Made by a program: the position numbers and the translations under genes
Notes under the pieces: generated by a model
The model's database searches: none
Seen by the model: the letters and a program-made list of their open reading frames with translations, nothing else
What the model was told of the DNA's origin: nothing
In this document: positions 48,501-57,270 of the stretch, one piece after another
Position numbering within the stretch: position 1 is the first letter of the stretch
Layout: each line of letters begins with the position of its first letter
Assembly (NCBI GenBank): GCA_949287525.1
Contig: CASEGL010000006.1
Span: 13,795-77,794, forward strand
DNA: 64,000 nucleotides
DNA from: an uncultured Rikenellaceae bacterium
GTDB taxonomy: Bacteria; Bacteroidota; Bacteroidia; Bacteroidales; Rikenellaceae
Direction: 5' to 3'

Positions 48501-49284
48501 TCTCGCCGCGGCCGAGTTCCTCGCGCATGCGGCGGTAGAGGGCCAGCGACTCCTCCAGCTCCTGACGCATGAACGAGTCGTCCACCTTGATCTCCTCCAG
48601 CACGGTGGTGAAGGTGGTGTGGCGGCAGTGGTCGCTCCAGTAGGTATCCAGGATGCGGAGTTCCGTCTCGCGCGGGTCACGTCCCTCGGCGCGGAAATAG
48701 TTGACCACCTCGCGCAGGTCATCGGCATTCATGGCCAGTCCGTTGGCCTTGCAGTAGGGAGCCAGCTCGGCATCGGTCATCTTCATGAATCCCTCCAGCA
48801 CGGGAGCGGGCGTCACCTCGGCATGCTCGGTGTCGCTCAGGCGCGCCATGTCCTTCTCGCGCGACTCGACGACGTTGATATAGTATTTGCGGATCCGCGC
48901 CATCTCTTCGGCCGACACCTTGTCCTTGAACAGGAGCAACCGTGCGCTGCGGATGTTGATCTGCGCCTGGGGTTCGATCAGCCGCACGCAGTCCATGGCC
49001 GAAGCGGCCCGCTGGTCGAACTGACCGGGCAGATACTCCACGGCCAGATAGCTCTTGCCCTCCAGGTCGCAGGCATCGGTCACCACATCGGTCACCACCT
49101 CGCCGAAGACGCCGTAACGGCTCCGTTCGAGCAGTTCGGGGGTAAAGCCGAACAGGTCGTAAATATTCAGCAGGCGCAGTCCTTCGAGCTTCAGCCCCAG
49201 ATTGGCGTTCAACTCGTTTTGCAGACTCTGCGCCTCCACCCGGAATTCCGGTTTCTTCTCTACGAAAATACGGTAGTTCTCCAT
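45574..49284 (-). CDS. purL: phosphoribosylformylglycinamidine synthase, single-chain large form
   Basis: Intact 1236-aa ORF with a C-terminal glutaminase domain (LILGICNGFQALVKSGLLP). Confidence 0.9.
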   Translation of the reverse strand: MENYRIFVEKKPEFRVEAQSLQNELNANLGLKLEGLRLLNIYDLFGFTPELLERSRYGVFGEVVTDVVTDACDLEGKSYLAVEYLPGQFDQRAASAMDCVRLIEPQAQINIRSARLLLFKDKVSAEEMARIRKYYINVVESREKDMARLSDTEHAEVTPAPVLEGFMKMTDAELAPYCKANGLAMNADDLREVVNYFRAEGRDPRETELRILDTYWSDHCRHTTFTTVLEEIKVDDSFMRQELEESLALYRRMREELGRGEKAECLMDMATIGARYLKKKGLLDDMEQSEENNACSIFITVDVDGQPEKWLLQFKNETHNHPTEIEPFGGASTCLGGAIRDPLSGRAYVYQAMRVTGAGNIYMPVGETLEGKLPQRIISTKAAAGYSSYGNQIGLATTQVREIYHDDYVAKRLEVGAVVGAVKAENVRRESPVPGDIVLLLGGRTGRDGVGGATGSSKEHNAHSLELCSSEVQKGNAPEERKLQRLFRRPEVTRLIKKSNDFGAGGVSVAIGELTDGLDIYLDRVPTKYSGLNYTELAISESQERMAVVIEAKDRAEFERYCAEENVEATHVADVTDTRRMRMYGKGELVVDLSRDFIDSAGAKHYAKATIGRVDEHDPFARTAAGATLEEKMVATLSDNNVLSQKGLVEMFDSTIGRSTVLMPYGGRTQTTETQVSVQKIPVGYGYTDTASIMTFGYNPYITKWSPYHGAAYAVVEAVTKAVSAGARFDRMRFSYQEYFERMTEDPHTWGLPAAALLGALKMQYELGLPSIGGKDSMSGTFKDINVPPTLIAFGVTTVNAGRVISPEFKQAGNRIYLVRHVPLANRMPDTEQLRRNWTMVSDRIERGDIVSGWAAGFGGVAEAVAKMAFGNRIGAEITIDEPTLFGYGYGSLVVESRTELSDPNVELIGRTVGEESVTVNGVRMAIDRLLEANTAKFCTIYPDRGATCPEVMKVAAPVVKHTYKGEAKAHPVVFLPSFPGTNCDYDTAKAFRRAGAEVTFSVFRNLTADDVLGSIEEMRQRIAACDIFVLSGGFSSGDEPDGSGKFIVSVLNNKAITDEIHKLLDRGGLILGICNGFQALVKSGLLPYGRLGMVTPESPTLFRNDVNRHISQAVRTRVASVNSPWLTGFEVGDLHTIAVSHGEGKFVVSRKLAEELFANGQVAFQYADEAGEPTGVAPFNPNGSYYGIEGIVSRDGQILGKMGHTERYEQNLFRNIAGEKTQDLFGNAVRYFRKK

Positions 49285-49338
49285 ATCGTTTGCGCGTTTT
49301 CTTCTCGCTTGTATTGTTGTCTATTCTCTTTTCCGTCT

Positions 49339-50472
49339 CTACTCCACAAAACGGCTGCGCCACTGGGCGTCGTATGCTGCGGGCGTCATGCCCACGTAGG
49401 TGATGTGGCCCATCTTGCGCTTGGGCTTGCTCACCGTCTTGCCGTAGATGTGGACATAGGTTCCCGGCTCCGGCCGGGACTGGCTGCTGTCGGTTCCGTG
49501 GCCGATCTGTTCGGCGATCGCCTCGGCCGCCTCAAGATCCTCGCCGAGGATGTTCTTCATCACCGTCGGCGCCACCAGCTTCGGCTCCTGGAGCGGCATG
49601 CCCAGCAGGAAGCGGCACAGTTCGCGGAACTGGTTGGTCGTGCAACCCTCGATGGTGTAGTGGCCGCTGTTGTGCGGACGGGGTGCCATCTCGTTGAAGT
49701 AGATCTCGCTGCCGCGGATAAAGTATTCGATGGCCAGGATGCCCTTGTAGCCGCAGCGGCGCATGAACGCTTCGCTCTGGCGCACGAGCCGCCCGCACAC
49801 CTCGTCGCTCATCTTCGGCGCCGGCACCAGACACAGGTCGAGGATGCCCTCGCGGTGGATATTCTGCCCGATGGGGAAGCTAACGATCCGTTCGCCGTCG
49901 CTGACCATCACGATGCTGGCCTCGTAGTCGAACGGCACGAACTCCTCCAGAATGGCGGGCGTACCCCAATAGGGTTCCGTCTTGGCTATGTCCTCCGGAC
50001 GGCGCAGCACCACCTGCCCGTGGCCGTCATAACCCAGCGTGCGGGTCTTGAATACACACGGATAGCCGATCTCGAACACGCCTCGCAACAGCGACTCGCG
50101 GTCGATCACCTCGGCGAAACGGGGAGTCTGCAGTCCGTTTTCGCGGGCATTGGTCTTCTCGCGCACCCGGTCCTGCGAATCGTAGAGCGGTCTGTAGCCC
50201 TGCGGAATGTTGTATCGCTCCATCAGCGGCACGATCACCTCGCCGGGGACGTTCTCGAACTCGTAGGTCACCACATCGCTGCGGCGGCAGAGTTCCTCCA
50301 GCGCGGCCGCATCGTCGTAGGCGGCCACGATATGCTCGTCACACACCTTGAAGGCCGGAGCGTCGGGGGCGGGATCCAGACAGATCGTCCGCGCACCCAG
50401 CCCGCGCGCCTGTTCGGCGATCATCAGCCCCAGCTGGCCTCCGCCGATGATTCCTATGGTTTTCGCACTCAT
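49339..50472 (-). CDS. purK: 5-(carboxyamino)imidazole ribonucleotide synthase
   Basis: Starts MSAKTIGIIGGGQLGLMIAEQARGLGA...; ATP-grasp; 377 aa. Confidence 0.85.
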   Translation of the reverse strand: MSAKTIGIIGGGQLGLMIAEQARGLGARTICLDPAPDAPAFKVCDEHIVAAYDDAAALEELCRRSDVVTYEFENVPGEVIVPLMERYNIPQGYRPLYDSQDRVREKTNARENGLQTPRFAEVIDRESLLRGVFEIGYPCVFKTRTLGYDGHGQVVLRRPEDIAKTEPYWGTPAILEEFVPFDYEASIVMVSDGERIVSFPIGQNIHREGILDLCLVPAPKMSDEVCGRLVRQSEAFMRRCGYKGILAIEYFIRGSEIYFNEMAPRPHNSGHYTIEGCTTNQFRELCRFLLGMPLQEPKLVAPTVMKNILGEDLEAAEAIAEQIGHGTDSSQSRPEPGTYVHIYGKTVSKPKRKMGHITYVGMTPAAYDAQWRSRFVE

Positions 50473-50483
50473 GGCCGTTCCCG

Positions 50484-50957
50484 TTATTCCAGTTCGGTCA
50501 TCAACACGGTTTCTGTCTGCTTGCGGCGGAACTCGTCGAGCGCCTCGGCCAGCTGCGCGTCTTTCAGGGCAAGGATGCTCACGGCGATCAGGGCGGCATT
50601 CTTGGCACCGTTGATGGCCACCGTAGCCACCGGCACGCCGGCAGGCATCTGCACGATCGAGAGGAGCGAATCGAGGCCGTTCAGGGCGCGCGACTTGACC
50701 GGCACGCCGATTACGGGCAGGGGGGTCATGGCGGCCGTCATGCCCGGCAGATGGGCGGCACCGCCCGCACCGGCAATAATCACCTCGATGCCGCGCTCGC
50801 GAGCCGTTTTGGCATACTCTGCCAGCAAATCGGGCGTACGGTGTGCGCTGACGATGCGCTTTTCATACGACACTCCGAACTGTTCCAACGTTTCAGCCGC
50901 ACCGGACATCACTTCCCAGTCGCTGATCGATCCCATAATCACTCCGACCTTAGCCAT
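50484..50957 (-). CDS. purE: 5-(carboxyamino)imidazole ribonucleotide mutase
   Basis: ATG 50957 gives [17 protein letters not shown]...[14 protein letters not shown]. The tracked ORF start at 50984 is a TTG. Confidence 0.9.
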   Translation of the reverse strand: MAKVGVIMGSISDWEVMSGAAETLEQFGVSYEKRIVSAHRTPDLLAEYAKTARERGIEVIIAGAGGAAHLPGMTAAMTPLPVIGVPVKSRALNGLDSLLSIVQMPAGVPVATVAINGAKNAALIAVSILALKDAQLAEALDEFRRKQTETVLMTELE

Positions 50958-51346
50958 TGCTTTCTCTCTTTTTGCTTTCGACAATCGGTTCGTTTAATGA
51001 CAAACCGCCACGACACGACATGTCATAGCGGCTCATTCATTCCGGTACATACCACTCCCCGTCTTCTTTGCAGCGCCCGCTGCCGTTCCATCCGTTGTCC
51101 GGCGCACGTGCCGATGCTCCGATGCATCCCGGCACTACCGGCTCCTTTCCGAACGATTCTTTCCGACATGGTCTGTTTCTGAAAAACGGTCTGTGGTCAC
51201 GGTTCTCGGCGAACCCCTGTTTTAAAGTCGTAAAGGTAATACTTTTTTCAAAAACAACCAAGTCCCGTCCGTTTTTCGTCCCACAAACCGGTCTCTCCCC
51301 CGCCCGACAATCGGTGCGGCCTCCGGTACCTCCGCGGCAGACGAAG

Positions 51347-51382
51347 AAAAAAGGCCGGAGCGATCCGACGATCGTTCCGGCC
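51347..51382 (-). terminator. rho-independent terminator after pyrB (end of pyr operon)
   Basis: The minus strand reads GGCCGGA-A-CGATC-GTCG-GATCG-C-TCCGGCC followed by TTTTTT. It starts about 25 nt after the pyrB stop. Confidence 0.8.
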
Positions 51383-51406
51383 TTTTGCCGTTTGCGGATG
51401 CAACAC

Positions 51407-52492
51407 CTATTTGCGTACCAGCGTCTCGCAGTAAGCGCAACGGTATACACCGGCTTCGCCCTCTACCGGACGCATGAGCTGCGGCACATTCTCCGAGTTG
51501 CAGATACAGCGTTTGTTCGTACATCTTACGCCTTCCGGATTCTCCTGCACGCCGTGCAGCTGCGGGTTCTCCATGCGTTTGTTTTCCCACTCGAAGAGCT
51601 TGCAGATCAACGCCATACGCATGAACTTACCGTTCTCCACCTCGCGGAAGTAAGCGGCACGCGGGTCTTTGTCCACCTCTACGGCGATCTCGTTCACGCG
51701 GGGCAGCGGGTGCAGGACGGCCATGTTCTTCTTGGCGAGTTTCATCTTCTCGGCGTCGAGGATGTAGGTGTCCTTCAGTGCCTCGTACACGGCCGGATCG
51801 TCGAAACGCTCGCGCTGTACGCGGGTCATGTAGAGGATGTCGAGTTCGGGCATCACGCTCTCCATGTCACGCACCTCGGTGTAGGGGATGCCTGCCTCGC
51901 GGAGTTCCTCCAGCACGTGTTCGGGCATCTTCAGCTCGTCGGGCGAGATCATCACGAAGCGGATGTTCTGGTAGCGCATCATGGCCTTGGTGAGCGAGTG
52001 TACGGTACGGCCGAACTTCAGGTCGCCGCACATACCGATCACGAGGTTGTCCAGACGGCGCATTTCGCGTTTGATGGTGAGCAGGTCGGCGAGGGTCTGC
52101 GTCGGGTGGCAGTGCGATCCGTCGCCACCGTTGATGATCGGAATATCGGTTACGCGCGAAGCCACCAGCGGTGCGCCGTCTTTCGGGTGACGCATGGCGA
52201 TGATGTCGGCGAACTTGTTGATGGTCATTATGGTATCGGCAAGCGACTCTCCTTTGGTCACCGAAGAGGTACTTGCGTCCGAGAAGCCGAGTACGTTACC
52301 CCCGAGTTCGAGCATGGCGGCCTCGAAGCTGAGGCGCGTACGCGTACTGGGTTCGTAGAAGAGGGTTGCAAGCGTTTTGTTCTTGCATCTTTCCGTGTAA
52401 GCCGGACGGTCTGCGATAATGTCGAGCGCGAGATCGATGATCTCCTGCAGTTCCTGCATGCTCAAGTCGGTGATGTCAATCAGATGATGCAT
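51407..52492 (-). CDS. pyrB: aspartate carbamoyltransferase catalytic chain with fused C-terminal PyrI-type zinc domain
   Basis: ATCase motifs are [22 protein letters not shown] and [10 protein letters not shown]. An extra roughly 50-aa tail, [39 protein letters not shown], has four Cys spaced as in the PyrI Zn domain. Confidence 0.85.
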   Translation of the reverse strand: MHHLIDITDLSMQELQEIIDLALDIIADRPAYTERCKNKTLATLFYEPSTRTRLSFEAAMLELGGNVLGFSDASTSSVTKGESLADTIMTINKFADIIAMRHPKDGAPLVASRVTDIPIINGGDGSHCHPTQTLADLLTIKREMRRLDNLVIGMCGDLKFGRTVHSLTKAMMRYQNIRFVMISPDELKMPEHVLEELREAGIPYTEVRDMESVMPELDILYMTRVQRERFDDPAVYEALKDTYILDAEKMKLAKKNMAVLHPLPRVNEIAVEVDKDPRAAYFREVENGKFMRMALICKLFEWENKRMENPQLHGVQENPEGVRCTNKRCICNSENVPQLMRPVEGEAGVYRCAYCETLVRK

Positions 52493-52595
52493 AGTAAACC
52501 GATTTTAAAGGTATGGTAACTGAACTCTATGTTTTTGTTTATTCTCGTTGTGCGCCGTCTTCCCGAAGCCGCCTCGGCGCGGGCGGCCGGACGGG

Positions 52596-53285
52596 CTATC
52601 GTCCGATCCACGACTCGTCGCGCGGATTCTCGCGGAAGGCGATCAGACGAGCCACATCCTCCTTGCGGATGTATCCCTCCTCGGCAGCCACCTCAACCAG
52701 CGCGTCGAAGTTCGAGAGGCTGTGGTTGGTCACCTGCGCCTCACGCAAATGATCCAGGCCGGTCTGCATGCCGTAGGTGAAGATGCTGGCCACGCCCAGC
52801 ACCTCGGCACCCGCCTCGCGCAGCGCCTTCACCACCTCGATGCAGCTGTCACCCGTCGAGATGAGGTCTTCGATAACGACCACCTTCTGCCCCTTCTCCA
52901 GACGGCCCTCGATACGGTTCGTGCGGCCGTGATCCTTGGCACTGCTGCGCACGTATCCCATCGGCATGTCGAGCAGCGTAGCCGTGATGGCGGCATGGGC
53001 GATGCCTGCCGTGCTGGTACCCATCAGCACCTCGCACTCCGGATAGCGTTCGCGCACGATCCGTGCCAGACCGGCCTCGATGTGATCCCGCACGCGCGGC
53101 GCGGTGAGCGTCAGGCGGTTGTCGCAATAGATCGGACTCTTGATGCCGCTTGCCCACGTAAAGGGCTGTTCGGGACGGAGGAATACCGCGCTGATCGACA
53201 GCAGATCCTTGGCGATGATGCGTTCCAAATCTTTCAGGGTTCCTGCCTGGCAGCAGGCGCACCCGTTGTCGTGTTTCTGTTCCAC
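52596..53285 (-). CDS. pyrE: orotate phosphoribosyltransferase
   Basis: Contains FTWASGIKSPIYCDNR and the PRTase loop KVVVIEDLISTGDS. The start is GTG 53285, with no ATG nearby. Confidence 0.85.
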   Translation of the reverse strand: MEQKHDNGCACCQAGTLKDLERIIAKDLLSISAVFLRPEQPFTWASGIKSPIYCDNRLTLTAPRVRDHIEAGLARIVRERYPECEVLMGTSTAGIAHAAITATLLDMPMGYVRSSAKDHGRTNRIEGRLEKGQKVVVIEDLISTGDSCIEVVKALREAGAEVLGVASIFTYGMQTGLDHLREAQVTNHSLSNFDALVEVAAEEGYIRKEDVARLIAFRENPRDESWIGR

Positions 53286-53330
53286 TTCTTTATGTCGTTT
53301 AAATTCTCGTACTTCGCTCCCTGGCTGTGC

Positions 53331-54065
53331 CTATCGCATCAGGAACTCCTTCATGCAGCGGCGGTAGGCGCCTACCGGATCGGCCGCTTCCGTAATCGGA
53401 CGGCCCACCACAATGTAGTCCGTACCGATCTCTGCCGCACGGGCAGGCGTGGTGATGCGCACCTGGTCGCCCTTGTCACCGTCGGCGAAACGCACACCCG
53501 GCGTCACGGTCATGAATTCCGCACCGCAGGCCTCCTTCACCATGCCGGCCTCCAGCGGCGAGCAGACCACGCCGTCCAGACCGGCCGTCTTGGCGTTGCG
53601 GGCATACTGCACGATCGTGTCGTTGATCGGGGCATTGATGAGCAGTTCGCGCTGCATGCGCTCCTCGCTGGTGGAGGTGAGCTGCGTGACGGCGATCAGC
53701 AGCGGACGGGTGCCGTCCGGACGGGTCAGTCCTTCGAGGGCGGCGCGCATCATGTCGATCGTACCGGCGGCATGCACGTTGGTCATGTCCACGTCGAGCT
53801 GGGTCAGCACGGCCATCGCCTTCTTCACCGTATTGGGGATGTCGTGCAGCTTCAGATCGAGGAAGATGCGGTGTCCCCTGCGTTTGATCTCGCGCACGAT
53901 CGAGGGGCCTTCGGCATAGAACAGCTCCATGCCGATCTTGAGGAAAGGTTTCTCCTGCGTGAAGAGGTCGAGAAACCGGAAAGTATCTTTCGCGCTGGGA
54001 AAGTCACAGGCGATGATTACGTCTTTTGCCATGATGGTATATCGTTTTTGTTCTTTCTGATTCAT
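53331..54065 (-). CDS. pyrF: orotidine 5'-phosphate decarboxylase
   Basis: Contains VIIACDFPS...FLKIGMELF...IFLDLKLHDIPNT. ATG 54065 lies 2 nt after the pyrD stop; ATG 54032 is an alternative. Confidence 0.85.
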   Translation of the reverse strand: MNQKEQKRYTIMAKDVIIACDFPSAKDTFRFLDLFTQEKPFLKIGMELFYAEGPSIVREIKRRGHRIFLDLKLHDIPNTVKKAMAVLTQLDVDMTNVHAAGTIDMMRAALEGLTRPDGTRPLLIAVTQLTSTSEERMQRELLINAPINDTIVQYARNAKTAGLDGVVCSPLEAGMVKEACGAEFMTVTPGVRFADGDKGDQVRITTPARAAEIGTDYIVVGRPITEAADPVGAYRRCMKEFLMR

Positions 54066-54067
54066 GT

Positions 54068-55006
54068 TCAGGCCACGCCGATGATGTCGCGCAGGCGGGT
54101 GATGCCCAGACGGGCCATTTCGGCGGGCAGCGCCTCAATGATCTCCTTGCTGGCGTAGGGATTGCGCAGGTTGATGGCGCCTGTCTGGACGGCCGTCGCA
54201 CCGGCCATCATCATCTCGATCACGTCGCGCGCCGTAGCCACGCCGCCGCACCCCATCACGGGAATCCGGCACGCCTTGGCCACTTGATAGACCATGCGCA
54301 GCGCCACGGGGAAGATCGCCGGGCCGGAGAATCCGCCCATCGTATTGGCAATGACCGGCTTGCGGGTCTTCACGTCGATGCGCATGCCCAGCAGCGTGTT
54401 GATGAGCGTCAGTCCGTCGGCCCCCGCCTCCTCGCACGCCTTGGCAATCGACACGATGTCGGTCACGTTGGGGCTGAGCTTCATGTAGACGGGCTTGGTG
54501 GTCACCGCCTTCACGGCGCGGGTCACCTCGTAGGCGCTCTCCGGCACGGTGCCGAAGCTCATGCCGCCGTGCTTGACGTTGGGACAGCTGATGTTCACCT
54601 CGATGATGCCCACCTGCGGCTCCTTGTCGATCCGTTCGCAGCAGTAGGCGTAGTCCTCCACCGAGAAGCCGCTGATGTTGGCCACCACGGGTTTATGGAA
54701 GATGCGCGCCATCTGGGGCAACTCGCGGGCGATCACCGCATCGATGCCGGGGTTCTGCAACCCCACGGCGTTAATCATGCCGTCGCGGCATTCGGCGATG
54801 CGCGGCGTCGGGTTACCGAAGCGGGCCTCGCGCGTGGTGCCTTTGAAGGAGAACGATCCGAGGATGTCAAGATCGTAGAATTCGGCAAACTCGGCGCCGA
54901 AACCAAACGTTCCGCTGGCGGGTACGATCGGGTTGTCGAGCGTCAGGCCGCTCAGTTCGACGGACAGGTCGCACGTCCGTTCCGTATCTTTATGCTGTGC
55001 GTTCAT
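54068..55006 (-). CDS. pyrD: dihydroorotate dehydrogenase (class 1B) catalytic subunit
   Basis: Contains LDNPIVPASGTFGFG...IEVNISCPNVKHGG...GGVATARDV. Paired with pyrK upstream. Confidence 0.9.
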   Translation of the reverse strand: MNAQHKDTERTCDLSVELSGLTLDNPIVPASGTFGFGAEFAEFYDLDILGSFSFKGTTREARFGNPTPRIAECRDGMINAVGLQNPGIDAVIARELPQMARIFHKPVVANISGFSVEDYAYCCERIDKEPQVGIIEVNISCPNVKHGGMSFGTVPESAYEVTRAVKAVTTKPVYMKLSPNVTDIVSIAKACEEAGADGLTLINTLLGMRIDVKTRKPVIANTMGGFSGPAIFPVALRMVYQVAKACRIPVMGCGGVATARDVIEMMMAGATAVQTGAINLRNPYASKEIIEALPAEMARLGITRLRDIIGVA

Positions 55007-55012
55007 CGTTTT

Positions 55013-55780
55013 TTACTCCCAGATTATCTCGTCGGTCTTCAGTACGGGGCCCTCGCGGCAGATGCGCTTGTTGCCCCCCTTGGTCTTGCAGGTGCAGCCC
55101 ATGCAGCCGCCGAAGCCGCATCCCATGCGCTCCTCGAAGCTGAACTGGCCGGGAACGTCGCCGATCGCACCGCCCAGCGCGCGCAGCATCGGCATCGGCC
55201 CGCAGGCATACACATAGTCGTATGCGGGACGCTCGCTGCGGATGGCATCCGTCACGAACCCCTTGATGCCCCGCGAGCCGTCGGCCGTAGCCACGATCAC
55301 CCGGGCGCCCAGCGCGGCGAACTCGTCGGCATAGAAGATCTCCTCCTGCGTGTTGAAGCCCAGCACGACAGTGACGCCGCGCCCCTCGGCCAGCAGACGC
55401 CGCGCCAGATTGTAGAGCGGAGGCACACCCACGCCACCGCCCACCAGCAGGGCGCACTCGCGGCAGGTCGCCGTATCGAAGCCGTTGCCCAGCCCCGTCA
55501 GCATGTCGAGCCGCTCGCCGGCCTTCATGCCGGCCATAAGGGCGGTTCCCTCGCCCACTACCTTATATATCAGGGTAATCGTACGTTCGTCGTAGTCGCA
55601 CACCGAAATCGGGCGGCGCAGGAACTTGCCGGGCAGCTCGATGTTCACGAACTGACCCGATGCGGTGAGGTACTGCGTGTCGCCCGCCACCACCATGCGG
55701 TACACCGAAGCGGTCAGCGGTTCGTTCGACACGATTTCGTATATTCCTTTCTTATACATCTTATCTCGATCTTCAGCCAT
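55013..55780 (-). CDS. pyrK: dihydroorotate dehydrogenase electron-transfer subunit
   Basis: FAD/NAD-binding fold (RRPISV, LLVGGGVGVPPL) and a C-terminal 2Fe-2S cluster motif, CGFGGCMGCTC. Confidence 0.85.
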   Translation of the reverse strand: MAEDRDKMYKKGIYEIVSNEPLTASVYRMVVAGDTQYLTASGQFVNIELPGKFLRRPISVCDYDERTITLIYKVVGEGTALMAGMKAGERLDMLTGLGNGFDTATCRECALLVGGGVGVPPLYNLARRLLAEGRGVTVVLGFNTQEEIFYADEFAALGARVIVATADGSRGIKGFVTDAIRSERPAYDYVYACGPMPMLRALGGAIGDVPGQFSFEERMGCGFGGCMGCTCKTKGGNKRICREGPVLKTDEIIWE

Positions 55781-55800
55781 TCTCTCCTTGCCTCTCTTCT

Positions 55801-57066
55801 CTATCGCCGCTCATAGGCCGTGCGGCCATCCACGAGGGTCATCACGCAGCGTCCCTGCACATCCCATCCCTCGAACGGCGTGGCATGTCCCATCGAGCGG
55901 AAGGTCGCGGGATCAACCTTGTAGCGCGCCTCCAGGTCGAAGAGCGCCACGTCGGCCGGAGCCCCTGCGGTCAGGGCGCCACCCAGTCCGAAGAGCCGTC
56001 CGGGCAGCACGCTCATCACCTCCACGAGGCGTTCGAGCGTCAGCTTGCCCTCCAGGACGAGGTATTTATACAGCACGGGGAATGCCGTCTCCAGCCCCAC
56101 GATGCCGAATGCGCTCCCGTTCAGGCCGCGCGATTTCTCCTCGGCCGAGTGAGGCGCGTGGTCGGTGGCGATCACGTCGATCGTACCGTCCTGCAGGCCG
56201 CGCAGCAGCGCATCGCGATCCTCGGCGCTGCGGATCGGCGGATTCATCTTGAAGCGTCCCTCCTCCTGCAGATCCATGTCGGTCAGCACCAGGTAGTGGG
56301 GTGCCGTCTCGCAGCTCACCCGCAGGCCGTCGGCCTTGGCGCGGCGCACCAGCTCGACGCTCTCCTTCGTGGAGACGTGGCACACATGGTACTGACACCC
56401 CGTGCGGCGCGCCAGTTCGATGTCGCGCTCCACCTGGCGCCACTCGCTCTCGGAGCAGATGCCCCGATGGCCGTGCAGGCGGGCATACTCGCCGTCGTGG
56501 ATGTAGCCGCCGTTGAGCAGGCTGTTCACCTCGCAGTGGGCCACGATCGGCTTGCCGAGCGACGCGGCGAGTTTCATCGCCTTCTCCATGTCGCCGTCAG
56601 CCTGCACGCCGCGGCCGTCATCGGAAAAGCCGACCACGTCGCGTTTCATGGCCGCCATGTCGGACAGCTCTCCGCCGCCCATCTGCCCTTTCGTAATCGT
56701 GCCGTAGGGGACGACCTTCACCGCCGCCGTGCGACGGATGATGGCCAGCTGCTCCTCCAGATGGGCTTTCGTATCGGGCGCGGGCTTGAGGTTGGGCATC
56801 GGACACACGGTCGTGTAGCCGCCGCATGCCGCTGCCTCGCTGCCCGTGGCAATGGTCTCCTTGTAGGCGAATCCGGGTTCGCGGAAATGCACGTGAACGT
56901 CGATCAGTCCCGGCAGCACATGCAGCCCCGACGCGTCAATCACCTCCGCACCTTCGGTGTCGAGGTCCCTGCCTACGGCCGTAATGATGCCGTCTTCGAT
57001 CAGCACGTCGGCCTGCGCGAATGCGCCGTCGACATATGTCTTTCCGCCTTTGATAACCCTTTTCAT
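55801..57066 (-). CDS. pyrC: dihydroorotase
   Basis: ATG 57066 gives MKRVIKGGKTYVDGAFAQADVLIEDGIITAVG...PGLIDVHVHFREPG...ATDHAPH. The in-frame upstream ATG 57117 directly abuts the leader terminator and is less likely. Confidence 0.9.
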   Translation of the reverse strand: MKRVIKGGKTYVDGAFAQADVLIEDGIITAVGRDLDTEGAEVIDASGLHVLPGLIDVHVHFREPGFAYKETIATGSEAAACGGYTTVCPMPNLKPAPDTKAHLEEQLAIIRRTAAVKVVPYGTITKGQMGGGELSDMAAMKRDVVGFSDDGRGVQADGDMEKAMKLAASLGKPIVAHCEVNSLLNGGYIHDGEYARLHGHRGICSESEWRQVERDIELARRTGCQYHVCHVSTKESVELVRRAKADGLRVSCETAPHYLVLTDMDLQEEGRFKMNPPIRSAEDRDALLRGLQDGTIDVIATDHAPHSAEEKSRGLNGSAFGIVGLETAFPVLYKYLVLEGKLTLERLVEVMSVLPGRLFGLGGALTAGAPADVALFDLEARYKVDPATFRSMGHATPFEGWDVQGRCVMTLVDGRTAYERR

Positions 57067-57116
57067 CGCTCTGTCGTTGATCCGTGACATCCCGCTGCGG
57101 ACATCACCTGTTTCCA

Positions 57117-57146
57117 TAAAAAAGGCAGCCTCTAAAAAGCTGCCTG
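57117..57146 (-). terminator. intrinsic terminator hairpin in the pyr operon leader (candidate attenuator)
   Basis: The minus strand reads AGGCAGC-TTTTTAGAG-GCTGCCT followed by TTTTT(A). It lies downstream of a consensus promoter and 50 nt upstream of the pyrC ATG. Confidence 0.55.
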
Positions 57147-57242
57147 AAACTCTTTTGAACGAAACGGAAAACGGGAAAACAGCACCTTGGCCGAGACGCT
57201 GGCACTCAGGTATTTTCTTGTCTGATTATTCCGTGTATTCAT
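57132..57242 (-). CDS. candidate pyr leader peptide (36 codons)
   Basis: ATG 57242 gives MNTRNNQTRKYLSASVSAKVLFSRFPFRSKEFQAAF. The stop TAG (57132-57134) lies in the terminator loop. Codons 21-29 form a U-rich tract. The ORF is below the size cutoff of the supplied ORF track and I found it by hand. Confidence 0.35.
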   Translation of the reverse strand: MNTRNNQTRKYLSASVSAKVLFSRFPFRSKEFQAAF

Positions 57243-57270
57243 CTCCGTTTCGTGATCGCTTAAATTGGTG

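Noticed and set aside
47896-50997. 1033-aa plus-strand ORF opposite purL/purK/purE, and similar ones at 45532-47895 and 38587-40260
   Set aside because: Same artefact. It has low-complexity Arg/His/Gly-rich composition and lies antisense to canonical pur enzymes.
50958-51346. Known purine-related riboswitch classes (guanine/adenine, ZTP/pfl, PRPP/ykkC) in the pur leader
   Set aside because: By eye I could not find the conserved cores, for example ACUGGCG...CCGCCUGGGC for ZTP or the UAUAAU...CUACC junctions for the purine class. AGGGGTTCGCCGAGAACC only loosely resembles the ykkC start. The region is kept only as an unclassified structured leader.
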